64,000 nt of DNA from assembly GCA_963804995.1 (NCBI GenBank), contig CAWDSK010000006.1:800001-864000 (forward strand). Direction: 5' to 3'. Made by a program: the position numbers and the translations under genes. Positions 1 to 13,190 of the stretch are shown here, piece by piece. Positions within the stretch are counted from its first letter, which is position 1, and each line of letters starts with the position of its first letter. This stretch comes from an uncultured Acidobacteriota bacterium. Its GTDB lineage: Bacteria > Acidobacteriota > Terriglobia > UBA7540. The notes beneath the pieces were generated by a model, which ran no database searches, was not told the DNA's origin, and saw only the letters and a list, made by a program, of their open reading frames with translations.

Positions 1-721
1 ATTTTTAGGGCGCTCCTATGCTTGGGTCTTGAAGGAATTCTTCAAGTTTTTGCTGGTCGCTCATCAATAACTTCCAAGTTTCATAGTATTCGGGTGTCAT
101 CCCTCCACCAAGGTAGGACTCATTACCTCTCGATTGACTGCGAAATCTCGCGAGGTACACATTCCCCCTGGGAATCGTTTTAAGATAATTCTCGATGGCT
201 TTATGCCAGCTTTGAACAGACAATGCCCACTCATGCTGGTCCTTGTCTGGATAGACACTTCCCGGAAAAAATCTCGTACGTAGCGAGTTCCCCGTATCTA
301 TGTATCGGCTGATTTTCCCCTGTATGGAGCGTCGCGCCTTCTCAGTAGCTTCATCCGCAGATGACTTGCTACTATTAATCACGGTCGGAGGTGGCATATT
401 GTTTGTAACTTGAACGGTCGGAGGCTGCTTGGTGTTATGCTCAATCTCAGCCAGTTGCCTACGTATTGCGGATTGGGTCTGCGCGTTCTTAGCTGCCTGA
501 AATGCGATCAAGAGCACAGCCACGGCTCCGCAGGCTAAGAACTTGATTTTATAATGCTTCCGCGTGATCGGATCGTCTGTGGGGTGCAAAGTCACATGCA
601 CCCCCTGATAGGCCATATAAATCGTGAGGAGAGCAGACGCGACTGCCAATAACACGGTAATTGTCGTATCCATCGCATAAAACTACTGCCTGTACATTTG
701 TTTGTCAAGTGATTCATCGCC
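1..721 (-). mobile_element. Partial second copy of the IS1595-family cargo element (passenger gene plus terminal IR); cut by the window start
   Basis: Appears identical to 56895-57615, with an identical 222-aa translation; identity stops exactly at the IR end ...GATTCATCGCC (721). Confidence 0.92.
5..673 (-). CDS. Hypothetical membrane-anchored protein, IS1595 passenger (copy 1)
   Basis: 222-aa ORF with two N-terminal hydrophobic helices and a P/T-rich linker; identical to 56899-57567; TTGACA-17-TAGTTT promoter upstream. Confidence 0.85.
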   Translation of the reverse strand: MDTTITVLLAVASALLTIYMAYQGVHVTLHPTDDPITRKHYKIKFLACGAVAVLLIAFQAAKNAQTQSAIRRQLAEIEHNTKQPPTVQVTNNMPPPTVINSSKSSADEATEKARRSIQGKISRYIDTGNSLRTRFFPGSVYPDKDQHEWALSVQSWHKAIENYLKTIPRGNVYLARFRSQSRGNESYLGGGMTPEYYETWKLLMSDQQKLEEFLQDPSIGAP

Positions 722-968
722 CAGTGAATCGTCCAACAACTACGAGAAGTCTTCCCAGAGGATAGCTCACCCAAGTACTTGATCCTCGACCGTGATGGAA
801 AGTTCGGCGGAGAAGGCACGAAGATGCTGGAATGCTTGGGCAGCAAGCTGATTCGAACAGCCTATCGCAGTCCCTGGCAAAGTGGCGTGGCGGAGCGCTG
901 GGTTGGCAGCTGTCACCGGGAACTGCTGGACCACGTGATCGTGCTGAGCGAGTCCCACGTGCGGCGGC
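722..968 (+). pseudogene. Integrase-core (rve, IS481-like) transposase, internal fragment
   Basis: YLILDRDGKFG...SPWQSGVAERWVGSCHRELLDHVIVL matches the C-terminal half of 41227-42258. Confidence 0.8.
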
Positions 969-1390
969 TTGTCCTTGCGAACTACGTACTTGGCGACTGT
1001 CGCTTGGGACACATCGATTCCGAGTTTGAGCAGTTCACCGTGGAGGCGAGGTGCTCCCCAGAGCGGATTTGCCACACTCACCTTTCGGATGAGGTCTCGG
1101 ATTTCCTCAGACACTTCGGGCCTTCCCGCTTGGCCCCGTCTACTCTTCCACGCCCAATACAGACGGAATCCCTTCCGATGCCAGGAGATCACCGTCTCCG
1201 GTTTGACAACGACCAACGCTGAACGCCAGCCCGACCACAGTCTGGAGAGCCAAACCCACAGCAAACGATCGCCGGCACTGAGGCGCACACGCCTTCTTTG
1301 AGCGCGTTGGAGCACCATGACCTGATGTCGCAAGGCGACGATCTCAGCTTGGAGTCGGACGCGGCGTCGGAACGAGGAACAGAGGAGGGC
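969..1390 (-). pseudogene. Integrase-core (IS481-like) transposase, N-terminal fragment truncated by IS630
   Basis: LRHQVMVL...KPETVISWHRKGFRLYW...NPLWGAPRLHGELLKLGIDVSQATVAKY matches the N-terminus of 41227-42258. Confidence 0.8.
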
Positions 1391-2414
1391 TAGAGCAGTT
1401 TCGATTTAAGTACTTACATATCCGCACGAGGCCAAGTAGTTTGTACACTCGGTTGGGGAGACAGTATTGAGCAATTCCCCGATTTCCTTCCAGAGGGCGC
1501 CGATATCCCGCTTGGCGGCTTTGCGGAGCAGCGCCTTGAGTTTGGAAAAGAACCTTTCGATCGGGTTCAGGTCCGGGGAGTAGGGAGGCAGATAGAGTAG
1601 GGTGGCTCCGGCCGCGGTGATCGCTTTCTCCACTCCCGCCACCTTGTGACTGCTGAGGTTGTCCAGAATCACGGTGTCTCCCGGTTGGAGCGTTGGGCAC
1701 AGGAATTGATGCACATAAGCCAGAAACATCTCGCCGTCCATCGGCCCGTCGGCGACCATCGGCGCGGTCAATCGGCGGCGGCGCAGAGCGCCCACAAAGG
1801 TCGTCGTCTCCCAGCGCCCGTGCGGCGCCGAGTCGATACAACGTCGGCCTCGGGGCGCGCGCCCGTAGCGCCGCGTCAGGCTCGTCGATATCCACGTTTC
1901 ATCGATAAACACGAGCTTTTCGACTTCCATCGTGGGCAGCGCTTGCCGCCACGCGCTGCGCGCCCGCTGCACGTCTTCGCGCTCTTGCTCGCTGGCGTGC
2001 AGGGTTTTTTTTGAAGGTCAGATTCCATTTGTTCAACTGATGCCACAAGGCACCGATCTTAATCGATAGGCCCTGCTCGGCGAGACGTTCGCATAGCTCG
2101 GTCAAGCTCAGCCCCGGTGCTTGCTCGATCCAGGCGCGCAGCACGGGCTCCATCGCCGCGATGCGCGAACGGCGATGCCCGCCGATCTGAAAACTGGTGC
2201 GTTGGCCGGTCTTCTGCTGCCGCCCCCGCACCTGGTAAACCCAGACGCGACTGACTTCCAGCCGCCGCGCAATCGCCGTCGGACGTTCGCCGCGCTCCAA
2301 GGCCCATAACACCCGATCCCGCAAGTCCTGGGAATAGGATTGCATCTTTGCCTCCCCTCTACCGGCGGAGGCATTATCGCACATAATATATACACTTAAA
2401 TCAAAAATGCTCTA
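1391..2414 (-). mobile_element. IS630-family insertion sequence
   Basis: Terminal IRs TAGAGCAGTTTCGATTTAAGT / TAGAGCATTTTTGATTTAAGT with TA ends. Confidence 0.92.
1406..2345 (-). CDS. IS630 transposase, orfA (HTH) and orfB (DDE) joined at an A8 slippery run (2005-2012)
   Basis: MQSYSQDLRDRV N-terminus; FIDET, ILDNL and YLPPYSPDLNPIE DDE motifs; TTCAAAAAAAACCC at the junction. Confidence 0.88.
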
Positions 2415-2426
2415 AAAGAGAGAAGA

Positions 2427-2849
2427 TCAGGTTGCACATGCGAAGGGAAGCTTAGCAACCGGGGCTGATAACATCAACCATTGCCATGCGAAAGAGATTT
2501 TCAGCAGGGACACCGTATCTCCCGGGACCAGCTCTGCTATCGGCAGTTCCTGTTCTCCTCCGTCACGCAGAACGGCATCCGTATTGGCAACCTGCTTGCG
2601 AATCTCCTCCACCGCATGTCGAGCCTGGAATTCCATGAAGAAGTTCAGCAGTGCGCTGAGCAGGACCACGACGATGATGATCGGCCCGCCAACCGGGTCA
2701 CCCAGTCCGAGAGATATGCCGCTGGCAATAAGAAGGGTGATAACGAGGGGATCGGCGAAGAGACGGAAAACACTGAACAGCGTAGCGAAGCGCGACTCCT
2801 GCACCAGGCTGTTTGGGCCATAAGGCAGAGGGCGTATGATTTTGCGCAA
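2427..2849 (-). pseudogene. Mg-translocating P-type ATPase, N-terminal fragment
   Basis: YGPNSL...LLSALLNFFMEFQARHAVEEIRKQV...VLRDGGEQELPIAELVPGD; the rest of the ATPase is absent. Confidence 0.75.
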
Positions 2850-2994
2850 AGGGGAAGTTCAAATCGGAAATTCCGGCTTAGGCCAGCGACACTACAAGAC
2901 GATATACTGGTAGCGTTGCGTCGTAGATTCCCATCCAGTGAAATCCGTCGCAATGCCTGGAAGCTTAGACCAAGTGGTGATGCAAGGACGGAGA

Positions 2995-5900
2995 ATGGAA
3001 GCAGGCATCCTCATAGGCTACTTCGCAAAACGAGATGAAGCTCGCCGAGCCCTCAGGAAGTTGCAGAGGAACGGGTTTCCGCCGCGCCGCATTGGTGAGC
3101 AAGACCGCGGATGGAGATGTACGTACATGGGACCCCTTCCTTTGGCGCCGGGCTTTCGGTGCGACCCTGGCTTTCATCCTGTTCGGGGTCCTCGCCGGAG
3201 TTGCATTCATAGGCCTTCATTGGCCGGAGCCGATTCTGAGCGAAGCCCTTCCTGCCCTGATTTCGACCCTTGTGGGTGGATTCATCGGAGCCCTCTTTGC
3301 CGGGGTGTGGATACGACGATCGAAGTACGGCGTGGAACGAAGGCTGCTTGAGGATCACACACGTTGGTTGGTGTCCGAGGAGGCCGTCCTGATCCTCCAG
3401 GCGCCGATTGAAACACTGCGGTTCCCAGTGGCGGTGCTTCGAGAAAGCGGCGACATCCCGCCCGCGGTCTTCGTCCTGCATCCGAAGCGCGAGAATCCGA
3501 TTGGAGATGTGCGAAGCCCTGGGGCGGCGCTCTCTCCGGCGCAGATCCAGGAGCGTGCCCAGCGCCTGGCCGTGGACCACGAAATGGACCCCAAGCCGCG
3601 GCGGAACACCGCACTGCTCGAGCGGCTCGAACTGGCCCGTCAATGGGCCCATCAGGTTTGCTCGGATCTCATCGAAGCAAGTCGACTGGAACAGGGTGCG
3701 CTTCCGACCGCCGAGTGGCTCCTCGATAATGAGTACGTCATCGAGAGCACCGCCCGCGACGTTCAACTGAACCTTCCCCGGCGTTATTACCAGGAGCTGC
3801 CGGCGCTCGCGAGTGAGCCCTACCGGGGCCTGCCGCGCATCTACGGCTTGGCGAGGGAACTCGTCTATCATACGGACTTGCGTCTAGACCGGGAGAACAT
3901 CCTGGCGTTTATTAAGGCCTATCAATCGGTGCGCACGCTGACGATCGGCGAACTCTGGGCTGTCCCCCAGATGCTGCGCATCGCGTTGATTGAGAGCATC
4001 CAGGACCTCGCCGCCAGCGCTCTGACCGAGTTGCGGGAACGTGAGATCGCCGACTTCTGGGCGAACAGGCTTATTACGGCCAACCGGCGAGATCCCAACC
4101 AGCTCTTCTCTATCCTGGCAGAACTTGCTAAAAACCAACCCAGCCCAAGCCCCTATTTCGCTTCTCAACTGGTCGATCATCTCTACGACGAAGAAGCCGC
4201 GTTAGCGCCGGTCCAGAGCTGGCTGGAGCGCACCTACCACAAGCCCCTGAGCGAGCTCAACCTGCGTGAGCAAAACCGCCAGACGAAGGATCTGCTATCG
4301 ATTGGGAATGCGTTTACCAGCTTGCGACAGCTCGCCCTGTTGGATTGGAGACGGCTCTTCGAGCAGCTCAGCCGCGTGGAGTGGTGGCTTCGGTTGGATC
4401 CATCCGGTGTCTATCCCAAGATGGATTTCGACACGCGCGATCGGTATCGCCGTGCGATTGAAGAGCTCGCGCGTCGGTCCGGTCAGGCGGAAGACCAGGT
4501 CGCCCAACACGCCATCGAGCTAGCCGCGCAAGCCGCACGTGAAGCGACGAAAGATGACCGGTGGATCCACGTCGGGACCTATCTGATTGGTGAAGGAAGG
4601 CGCGAGCTTGCGCGGCTCTTACGCTGCCCTGAGGCTCCACGTTTCCGCGTCCTGCAGTGGGTATACCGCCATCATTCTGCAGTGTACTTTCTTGGGCTCA
4701 GCTTCTTCTTCGCTGTATTCATCTCCCCGATCGTCCTGCTTGGTCTGCGCGGACAGACGCCCGGGATCCGGCTTGTGATCGCCCTCCTTTTGCTGATCCC
4801 CGTCAGCCAACTCGCGCTCGAGGTTTTGAATTACCTCGTCATGCGGCTACTTCCACCCCGAGCCCTTCCCAAGATGGATTTCGAGGTTTCGGGCATTCCT
4901 GACGCATTTCGAACCTTGGTCGTTGTGCCCGTGCTGCTGAGGGACGCGGAGACGATCCGGGCAGAGGTGGAGAAGTTAGAAATCCGGTACCTGGCCAACA
5001 AAGAAGGCAATCTGCTCTTCAGCCTCTTCACGGACTACACCGATTCGGATCAGGCGCATCGTGAGGACGACGAAAGACTGCTCCAGACTGTGACCGAGAG
5101 CCTCGAAGCTCTCAACCACCGGTATGGTGGTGAGCGTTTCTTCCTTTTCCATCGGGACCGCACGTGGAGTGAATCCGAGCAGAAATTCATCGGTTGGGAA
5201 CGCAAACGCGGGAAGATAGAAGAACTCAATCGGCTGATCGATGGAACGCGACCTGAAGATGCCGCTCGTTTGGTATACGTCGGCGACCCCGATCATCTGT
5301 CCAATGTGAGGTTCGTCATCACATTAGACAGCGACACACAACTGCCTCTTGGCACTGCCCGCAGGATGATCGAGACCCTGGCACATCCCCTAAACCGGCC
5401 GCGCTTCGATGCCGCAGGCAGGATCCTGGCCGGCTCCTACACAATCATCCAGCCGCGCGTGAGCCCTTCCCTGCCGAGCACGAGCGCCTCGCCTTTCAGC
5501 CGACTCTTTGCAGACGCGGTCGGAATTGACCCCTATACCAAGGCCGTTTCCGATGTCAATCAGGATCTCGCCGGTGAAGGCTCCTACCATGGCAAAGGCA
5601 TCTATGATGTGCGCGCCTTCAGTCGAGTGCTGTCTGGGAGGTTTCCTGAAGAGTGGTTGCTGAGCCATGACTTGATTGAAGGCGCTCACGTCCGAGTGGG
5701 CCTGGCCAGTGATATTGAGCTCTATGATGAGTTCCCGCAGGATTACCTGAGCTACACCCGCCGGCAACATCGTTGGATTCGTGGTGATTGGCAAATCGCG
5801 GATTGGGTCTTACCGCGTGTTCTCCAACCTGGAGGACGGCGAGGGCCAAACCAGCTCTCATGGTTCAGCCGTTGGAAGGTCTTCGACAACTTGCGCCGGA

Positions 5901-8900
5901 GCCTGCTGCCCGTAGCCAGCCTGGGCTTGCTCGTAGCCTGCTGGCTGACTTCTCCTCAGATCGGGTGGATCTCGACCCTCGTGGTCGCCGTGCAGTTGCT
6001 CTTCCACCCTTTGGCGCAGCCCTTCACAATGGCGACCACCCGCCAGGGGCTGAAGAGCTTCTCCTTCTCGAAGGTGGCGCACGACCTGCTGCGGACGGTT
6101 GCTGATGCTGCACTGCTTCCGCACCAGGCCGGGCTGGCTTTGGATGCCATTCTGCGGGTCTGGTATCGCCGCCTCATCTCTCATCGGGGGTTGCTCGAGT
6201 GGACTTCGGCCCAGGTGACGGATGGGAGAGCCCCGGGTCAGCTACGAGGGTTCGTGATTTCCATGGGCCTGGCGAGCATCTTCAGCGGGATCGTGGGTTG
6301 GGCCGTGCAGCGCTGGATGCCATCCAGCCTTGCGATGGCCAGCCCCTGGCTCGTCTTGTGGTTCCTATCCCCTCTGATCGGTTGGCTCTTGAACCTTCGA
6401 CCGCAGGCGAAGCAAAAGCAACTCCTGCTGCCTGAAAAGGATCTGCAGCTTCCTGAGGAAGGTTGCACGACGAACCTGGCGCTATTTCTCGGACTTTGTC
6501 AGCGCTGACACGTCTTGGCTTCCACCGGACAACTACCAAGTGTCCCCTCAGAAGCCACTGGCGATGCGTACCAGTCCAACCAACATCGGTCTCTGGATGC
6601 TCAGCGCGCTAGCCGCACATGATTTCGGGTATCTGACGGTGGATCAGGTCGTCGATAAGCTGACGCACACTATGGAGACGATCGGCAAACTGGAGCGCTA
6701 TGAGGGTCATCTGCTGAATTGGTACGATATTCAGACCCTTACCCCTCTCGAACCTCGCTACGTGTCCGCCGTGGACAGCGGCAACCTGCTGGGTGCCTTA
6801 TGGTCCCTGGAGCATGGACTTGACGAGCTGATTCAGACACCTGTCCTGGATGTGAAAGCCTTTGAAGGCCTGCGGGATACCGGGGAAATCCTGAAACAGG
6901 TCGTCCAACAGGAAGGCCTCCCCGGTCTTGATGCTCATGTCCTCGACGAACTGATGCGCGCGTGGGAAACCCCGCCGGCTCGCATCGCCGACGCGCTTCG
7001 TCTGCTGCGGCGGGTGGAGGGTAGCGTAAGGGCTCTAGCCGATGAGGTGCGTGAGTCCGCGGACGTTGAAACGGGAGCAGCTTATTGGGCCAGGCAGATG
7101 GAGGGGCAGGTATCGGCCTGGCTAAGGATCACGGATCGCTATCTCAATTGGATCGAAATCCTCGATGAAAAAACGGAAGAGGAGGTCGCCCAGTTGGGTC
7201 TCGATGCCCTACTTGCCATCCGCCAGGCCCTGCATCACGCGCCTTCGCTTCTCGATCTCGCCAAGGGGCACATCGGCTGTATTCCGATCCTCCAGTCGAT
7301 CCATGAGGAGGCTCCCTCAGCCGCGGCCCCCCTCTTGGAATGGCTTGACCGTCTTATGCAGGCCTTCGCGAAATCGAAATGGCTGGCCGGTGAAATCCTG
7401 GGTTTGGGCGAGCGGCTCATCCAGGACGGACGCGAGTTATCCGAATCGATCAATATGCGCTTCTTGTACGACCCCGAACGACGGTTGTTCTCAATCGGCT
7501 ACAACGTTTCCGGAGGCCGCTTGGATAGCTCCTACTACGATCTCTTGGCGAGTGAGGCGCGGCTGGGGAGTTTCGTCGCCATCGCTCGGGGCGATATCCC
7601 AGTTGAGCATTGGTTCTCCATGAGTCGACCCTACCGTGCAATCGATCGGCGCCGAGTGCTGCTCAGTTGGACCGGGACTCTGTTCGAATATCTGATGCCG
7701 CTGATTTTCCAACGCTCCCAGGCGAACTCGCTCCTGGATAAAGCGGCGAGGGACGCGGCGGCGATCCACATTGCCTACGGCCGCAAGCGCCGCGTACCGT
7801 GGGGGATTTCGGAGTCTGCGTTTGCGGATCTGGACCTCAACAATACCTATCAGTATAAGGCCTTTGGCGTACCGGAGCTCGGATTGAAGCGCAGCTTAGA
7901 GGAAAAGGTCGTGGTCTCGCCCTATGCCACCCTTCTGGCGCTGAACGTTGCGCCGAGAGAGAGCGTGCAGAATCTGAAACGACTGGTTAGCCTGGGGCTG
8001 CTGAACGATTACGGCTATTACGAAGCGATGGACTTCAGCCGTCGGCCGAGTCGTGAGGGCGAGCGTGGGGTGATCGTACAAACCTACATGGCGCATCATC
8101 AAGGCATGGGTTTCCTGTCGCTGACCAACTTCCTCCATGGCAATCCTATCCAGCGACATTTTCACGCCGACCCACGCGTGCGTGCCGTTGAGCCCCTACT
8201 CCATGAACGCATCCCGATCCTGCCTCCGCTGAACTACATCTCCACGCGCGAGAGAGTGTCTTTGGCGGAGAGCGTCGGCGAAGTCGCACCATCGGTGAGC
8301 AAATTCGATACGCCCCATACAACCACGCCCCAAACCCAACTCCTTTGCAATGGTCGCTATGGCTTGATGATCACCAACGCAGGCGGGGGATACAGTCGGT
8401 GGGGCAACTTTGAGATCACACGCTGGAGGTCGGATCGGACTCAGGATCCGTGGGGAACCTTCTGCTACATCCATGAGGCCGACTCGGATCGAGTGTGGTC
8501 CAACACGTATCACCCAGTCGGCGGGAAGGTTGAGGGGTACTCCGCCAACTTCGCGCTCGACCGTGCCGTGTTCCGGCGCGCCGACAACGGCATTCAAACC
8601 GAAACGGAGGTCGTCGTCTCGCCAGAAGACGACGTGGAGATTCGGCGGATCACCCTGATCAATCGGTCCGTTCGCAGCCGCCGTTTCAATCTCACGAGCT
8701 ACGTTGAACTCTCGCTGGCGCCGCACAACGCAGACCGGCAGCATCCGGCCTTCAACAAGCTGTTCATCCAAACCGAGGCGGTGCCTGAACATCAAGCGCT
8801 CCTCGCGTACCGCCGCCCTCGCGCGGAAGACGACCCACCCATTTACGTTGCGCACCGCTTTACGCTTGAACACGCTGAGGACGAAGCCTTGCAGTTCGAA

Positions 8901-11900
8901 ACCGACCGGCGCCGATTCATCGGCCGAGGACGGACGCTCGCGAATCCGATGGGGGTCTTCCAGGAGCTTGGCAACAGCCAGGGTTTTGTCCTGGACCCGA
9001 TCCTCAGCCTGCGCCAGAGCCTGAGTCTTGGTCCAGGCCAGCGTATGCAGGTTACCTTGGTTCTCGCCGCCGGCGAAACACGCCAGCAGGTCTTGAGACT
9101 GATGGGTAAGTACAGCGATCCCCATGCGATCGATCGGGCGATGGATTTCGCCTCGGCTTCTGCCCAGCTTGAGCTGCGATTGCTTCGCATCCAGCCCGAC
9201 GAAGCTCGCCGCTTCCAGCAGCTCGCCAGCCACCTGCTGTTTCCCAACCCGCTCTTTCGCCCTCCCGCCGAACGCATCGAAGAGAACCGCAAGGGCCAAG
9301 CCGGCTTATGGCCCTACGGAATCTCGGGCGACTTGCCGATTGCCCTGATCACCATTGGTGAGGCGCAGGATATCAGCCTGGTCCGTCAGATGCTCCAGGC
9401 GCATACCTATTGGCGAAGGCACGGGTTGATGGCAGACCTGGTGATCCTCAACGAGGAGGCCGGCGGCTATGAGCAGCCGCTCCGTGAACGACTCGAGCGC
9501 TTGATCCAGGCGCATTCCACGTATGCGGGGGTTGATCGGCCAGGTGGGATATTCTTGCGCAGCGCGGATGAAATCCCGGAGGAAGACCTGACGCTGCTCA
9601 AGGCCGCGGCAAGTGTAGTGCTGGTGGCGGCACGCGGCACTCTGCCCCAGCAGGCGTGCCTGCGGAGGTTCCCGAGCTGCTCGAACCCCTGGCCAAGAAA
9701 CGTGCTCCCCGGGAGCCTTCGGCTTCGCTGCCCTTCATGGAGCTGCCCTACTTCAACAGCCTGGGTGGTTTTACCCCGGATGGGCGTGAATACGCGATCT
9801 ATCTCGGTCCCAACACCCACACGCCTGCACCCTGGGTGAACGTCATCGCCAACCCCACCTTCGGAACATTGATCAGCGAAACGGGGTCTGGCTTTACCTG
9901 GTATGGCAACAGCCAGCGCAATCGCCTGACGCAATGGTCGAACGACCCCGTCATGGATCCACCGTCTGAGGCGGTGTACATCCGGGACGAGGAAACCGGG
10001 GTCTACTGGACGCCGACCCCGTCGCCGATCCGCGAAGAGACCGCCTACCGGGCAAGGCATGGGGCGGGGTACACGGTCTTCGAGCATAACAGCCAGGGGA
10101 TCGAGCAGGAGCTGACGGTCTTCGTTCCAGTGGATGAGAAAGGGGGAGAGCCGATTAAGCTGCAAAGGCTGCTGTTGAGGAACGACTCCTCCAGGCATCG
10201 CAAGCTGTCGGTTACGTATTATGTGGAGTGGACACTGGGCGAGAACCGCGAATCTTCCCAGATGCACGTCGTGACCCACTGGGATGACGAAGTCCAGGCC
10301 TTGCTCGCTCGGAATCGCTACCATCCTGAGTATGGGGATCGGGTGGCCTTCGCGGCCATCAACCCGCCTGCGGAGTCTTACAGCGGCAACCGCACGTCCT
10401 TCCTTGGGCGCAACGGCTCGCTGGGTAACCCGGCGGCGATGGAGCGAACCAGGCTTTCACGTCGGACGGGGGCGGGATTCGACCCGTGCGCCGCATTGCA
10501 GGTTACGGTTGAACTAGCTCCTGGGGAGAGGGCTGAGATCACGTGCATGTTGGGCCAGGCCGAATCGGTGGAGGAGGTCCACAAGCTGGTTCTGGTCTAC
10601 CGGGAAGGCTTGGCACTCGAGACCGCGTTGGGAAAGACGAAAGCGTGGTGGGATGATCTGTTAGGCACGATCGAAGTGCACACCCCGGAACTGGCAGCGG
10701 ACTTCCTGATCAACCGTTGGCTCTTGTACCAAAGCCTCAGCTGTCGGATCTGGGGACGTTCCGCCTTTTACCAGTCCGGCGGTGCATTCGGCTTCCGCGA
10801 TCAACTGCAGGACGTTATGGCGTTCCTGTACGCGCATCCCGAGCTGGCGCGCGAGCACATCCTGCTCGCGGCGAGCCGTCAGTTCAAGGAGGGCGATGTC
10901 CAACACTGGTGGCATCCCCCGAGCGGCGCGGGAATCCGCTCGCGGATCTCCGATGACCCCCTGTGGCTTCCCTACGTCGTCGCTCAATACATCCGGGTCA
11001 CCGGCGATGTGGAGATCTTGCGCACAGAGGTCCCCTTCCTCGACGGGCCCATGCTGGAAGGCGATCAGCACGAGATGTTCTTCACTCCGGAGGTCGCGCC
11101 TGAACACGCCACGCTGTTTGAGCACTGCCAGCGCGCCGTCACGCGTAGCATGACCTTTGGGCCCCATGGTTTGCCCCTGATAGGAACAGGGGACTGGAAC
11201 GATGCGATGAACCTTGTGGGTGCTGGAGGCAAAGGGGAGAGCGTTTGGCTGGCGTGGTTCATGGTGGATGTGCTTCAGGGTATGGCCGAGTTGTCTGAGC
11301 TACTGGGTCGGCCAGATCTAAGTCAGACCTATCATCAAGACAGGAATGCGCTGATTCAGCGTGTCGAGCGAGCAGCCTGGGATGGGGAGTGGTATCTTCG
11401 GGCGACCTTCGACGATGGCACGCCGCTTGGTTCTTCGGCGAATGAAGAGGCGAGGATCGATTCCCTGCCGCAATCTTGGGCTTGGCTGAGTGGCGCCGCC
11501 GACACAGATCGCGCGGATAGGGCTTTAGAATCAGCATGGAAATATCTCGTTCGCGAGGATGAAAGTCTGGTGCTGCTCTTAACGCCTCCCTTTGACAGAT
11601 CGGAGCCGTCACCCGGATACATCAAGGGGTACCCTCCGGGGGTGAGGGAGAACGGAGGCCAGTACACTCACGCCGCCCTGTGGTTCGCCATGGCCTTGGC
11701 CCGCCGAGGGGATGGTACGCGGGCGGCGAAAATGCTGCGCATGCTCAACCCGATTGAGCGCGCGCGTGATTCAGAAGCAGTGTGGCGCTATGGGCTCGAT
11801 CCCTACGTGGTCGCAGCTGACGTGTACCGATTGCCTGGGCGGATCGGTCAGGGTGGTTGGTCTTGGTATACGGGTTCGGCGGCGTGGATGTACCGAGCCT

Positions 11901-12160
11901 GGGTTGAAGAGGTCCTGGGCTTGAAGGTGCGCGGGGATCACATGCAGTTGAATCCGGTCATCCCCGGATGGTGGGAGGGCTTCCGCCTGCGCTATCGTCA
12001 CGGTGAAGCCATATACGAGATCCAGGTCGAGAATCCGGAAGGCTGCGAGCGAGGTGTGTCGAGGGTGGAGATGGATGGTCAGCACATGCGGGATGGGGTG
12101 ATCCCATTGGATCGGGGTCTGGTCAAGCACCGGATCCTCGTACGCATGGGGAATCCGTAG
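2995..12160 (+). pseudogene. ndvB: Cyclic beta-1,2-glucan synthase (GT84 plus glucoamylase-like plus GH94), broken by 3 frameshifts (~3079, ~6449, ~9653)
   Basis: Motifs EWLLDN, GWERKRGK, TLDSDT, LLSHDLIEG, RRQHRWIRGDWQ, LPPDNYQ, RTSPTNIG, YDLLASEARL, YQSGGAFGFRDQLQD, GDWND, RENGGQYTH and WYTGSA across ORFs 3035-6508, 6540-9839 and 9656-12160; RBS before ATG 2995. Confidence 0.93.
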
Positions 12161-12827
12161 CAAGCGGCTTGAGATGGGATTCCCTGTAATGGTGAGTCTG
12201 GAAATCACAGACATATGCAGCTTCATTGGTGACGGATAGGGCCGTTTCCGCGACAGTTATATGGTACGGCTGACGCAGGTCCGTCAATGTTCAAGAACGT
12301 CCCTCCCCTGTTCACCATCGTGGCACCAGTAGAGCCGCCCTCCATTTGTCACTGATCCGTGTCCCTGCCCAGATTGCTGATGGGTTACAATCAATCGCGT
12401 ATGTCTGAAGCACTCACCGATGTGATCGGATCGGGTCAGACAACCATTGGACCGGTTTCGCCTGTAAACTGTCGCCACGATGGTCGTGGGATTCACATAT
12501 TTCCCGGTATGAAGTGTCCGCACATTCTGTTTACATAGACATCCCTTATCTCCGTTCCATATTGATACCACACATGGGGGCGCGGGTCTCTGCCGGTCCA
12601 CACACCTGAGATGTCGTAGGCCGGCGTGAATTGCCCATAAAGTGAGGCTTCGTTGACCCTGATGAAGATAACTGCCAGCTGTGATCCGCAATAGTTTCTT
12701 CCGGCGTCCTGAGTCGGATTTGCTTCGAGAGGTAGAGCAGGAGTCTGCACGTCCCATCCAGCTAATCCGATGGGTTCTCGCGGCCGTTGAAACTTGTGGA
12801 AATTAGCAGCTACAGGGAATCTTCCTC

Positions 12828-13061
12828 ATGGTTTTCGTTGTGGTCCTTGTGCTGACTGTTCTCGTCTATTCCCAAATGAGTCGCGATGCGACCTTGAGCT
12901 ACATTACGAATACAAACCCAGGAGAGCTGGGATGGGATTTCTGGATGCGATTGGTGGGATTTGGCATCGGCCCGCTGATCGGGCTCCTGACTACCTTATT
13001 CCCCTCGATCTCTGATTTTGTGTTTTCGTGGCTCCAGCCGGGCGTGCAGGCCCTCAAGTGA
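12828..13061 (+). pseudogene. C-terminal fragment of a multi-pass membrane protein
   Basis: Hydrophobic protein-like segment (LSYITNTNPGELGWDFW) with no RBS or N-terminus. Confidence 0.45.
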
Positions 13062-13135
13062 ATCGCGAACAGATAGCGGGTAGCAAAGGTTAACGTTTTT
13101 GTGACCGTGGGCTTTTTCCCTGGATTTACGAACCG

Positions 13136-13164
13136 ACGGTCAATTCTATATGCGAATTGACCGT
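13136..13164. promoter_or_regulatory. Perfect 11-bp inverted repeat (operator or terminator)
   Basis: ACGGTCAATTC-tatatgc-GAATTGACCGT. Confidence 0.45.
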
Positions 13165-13190
13165 GGCTACCTCTGGCGAACTTAGCTGAG

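Noticed and set aside
12284..12757. Minus-strand ORFs downstream of ndvB
   Set aside because: There is no RBS or recognisable motif; at most this is gene debris.
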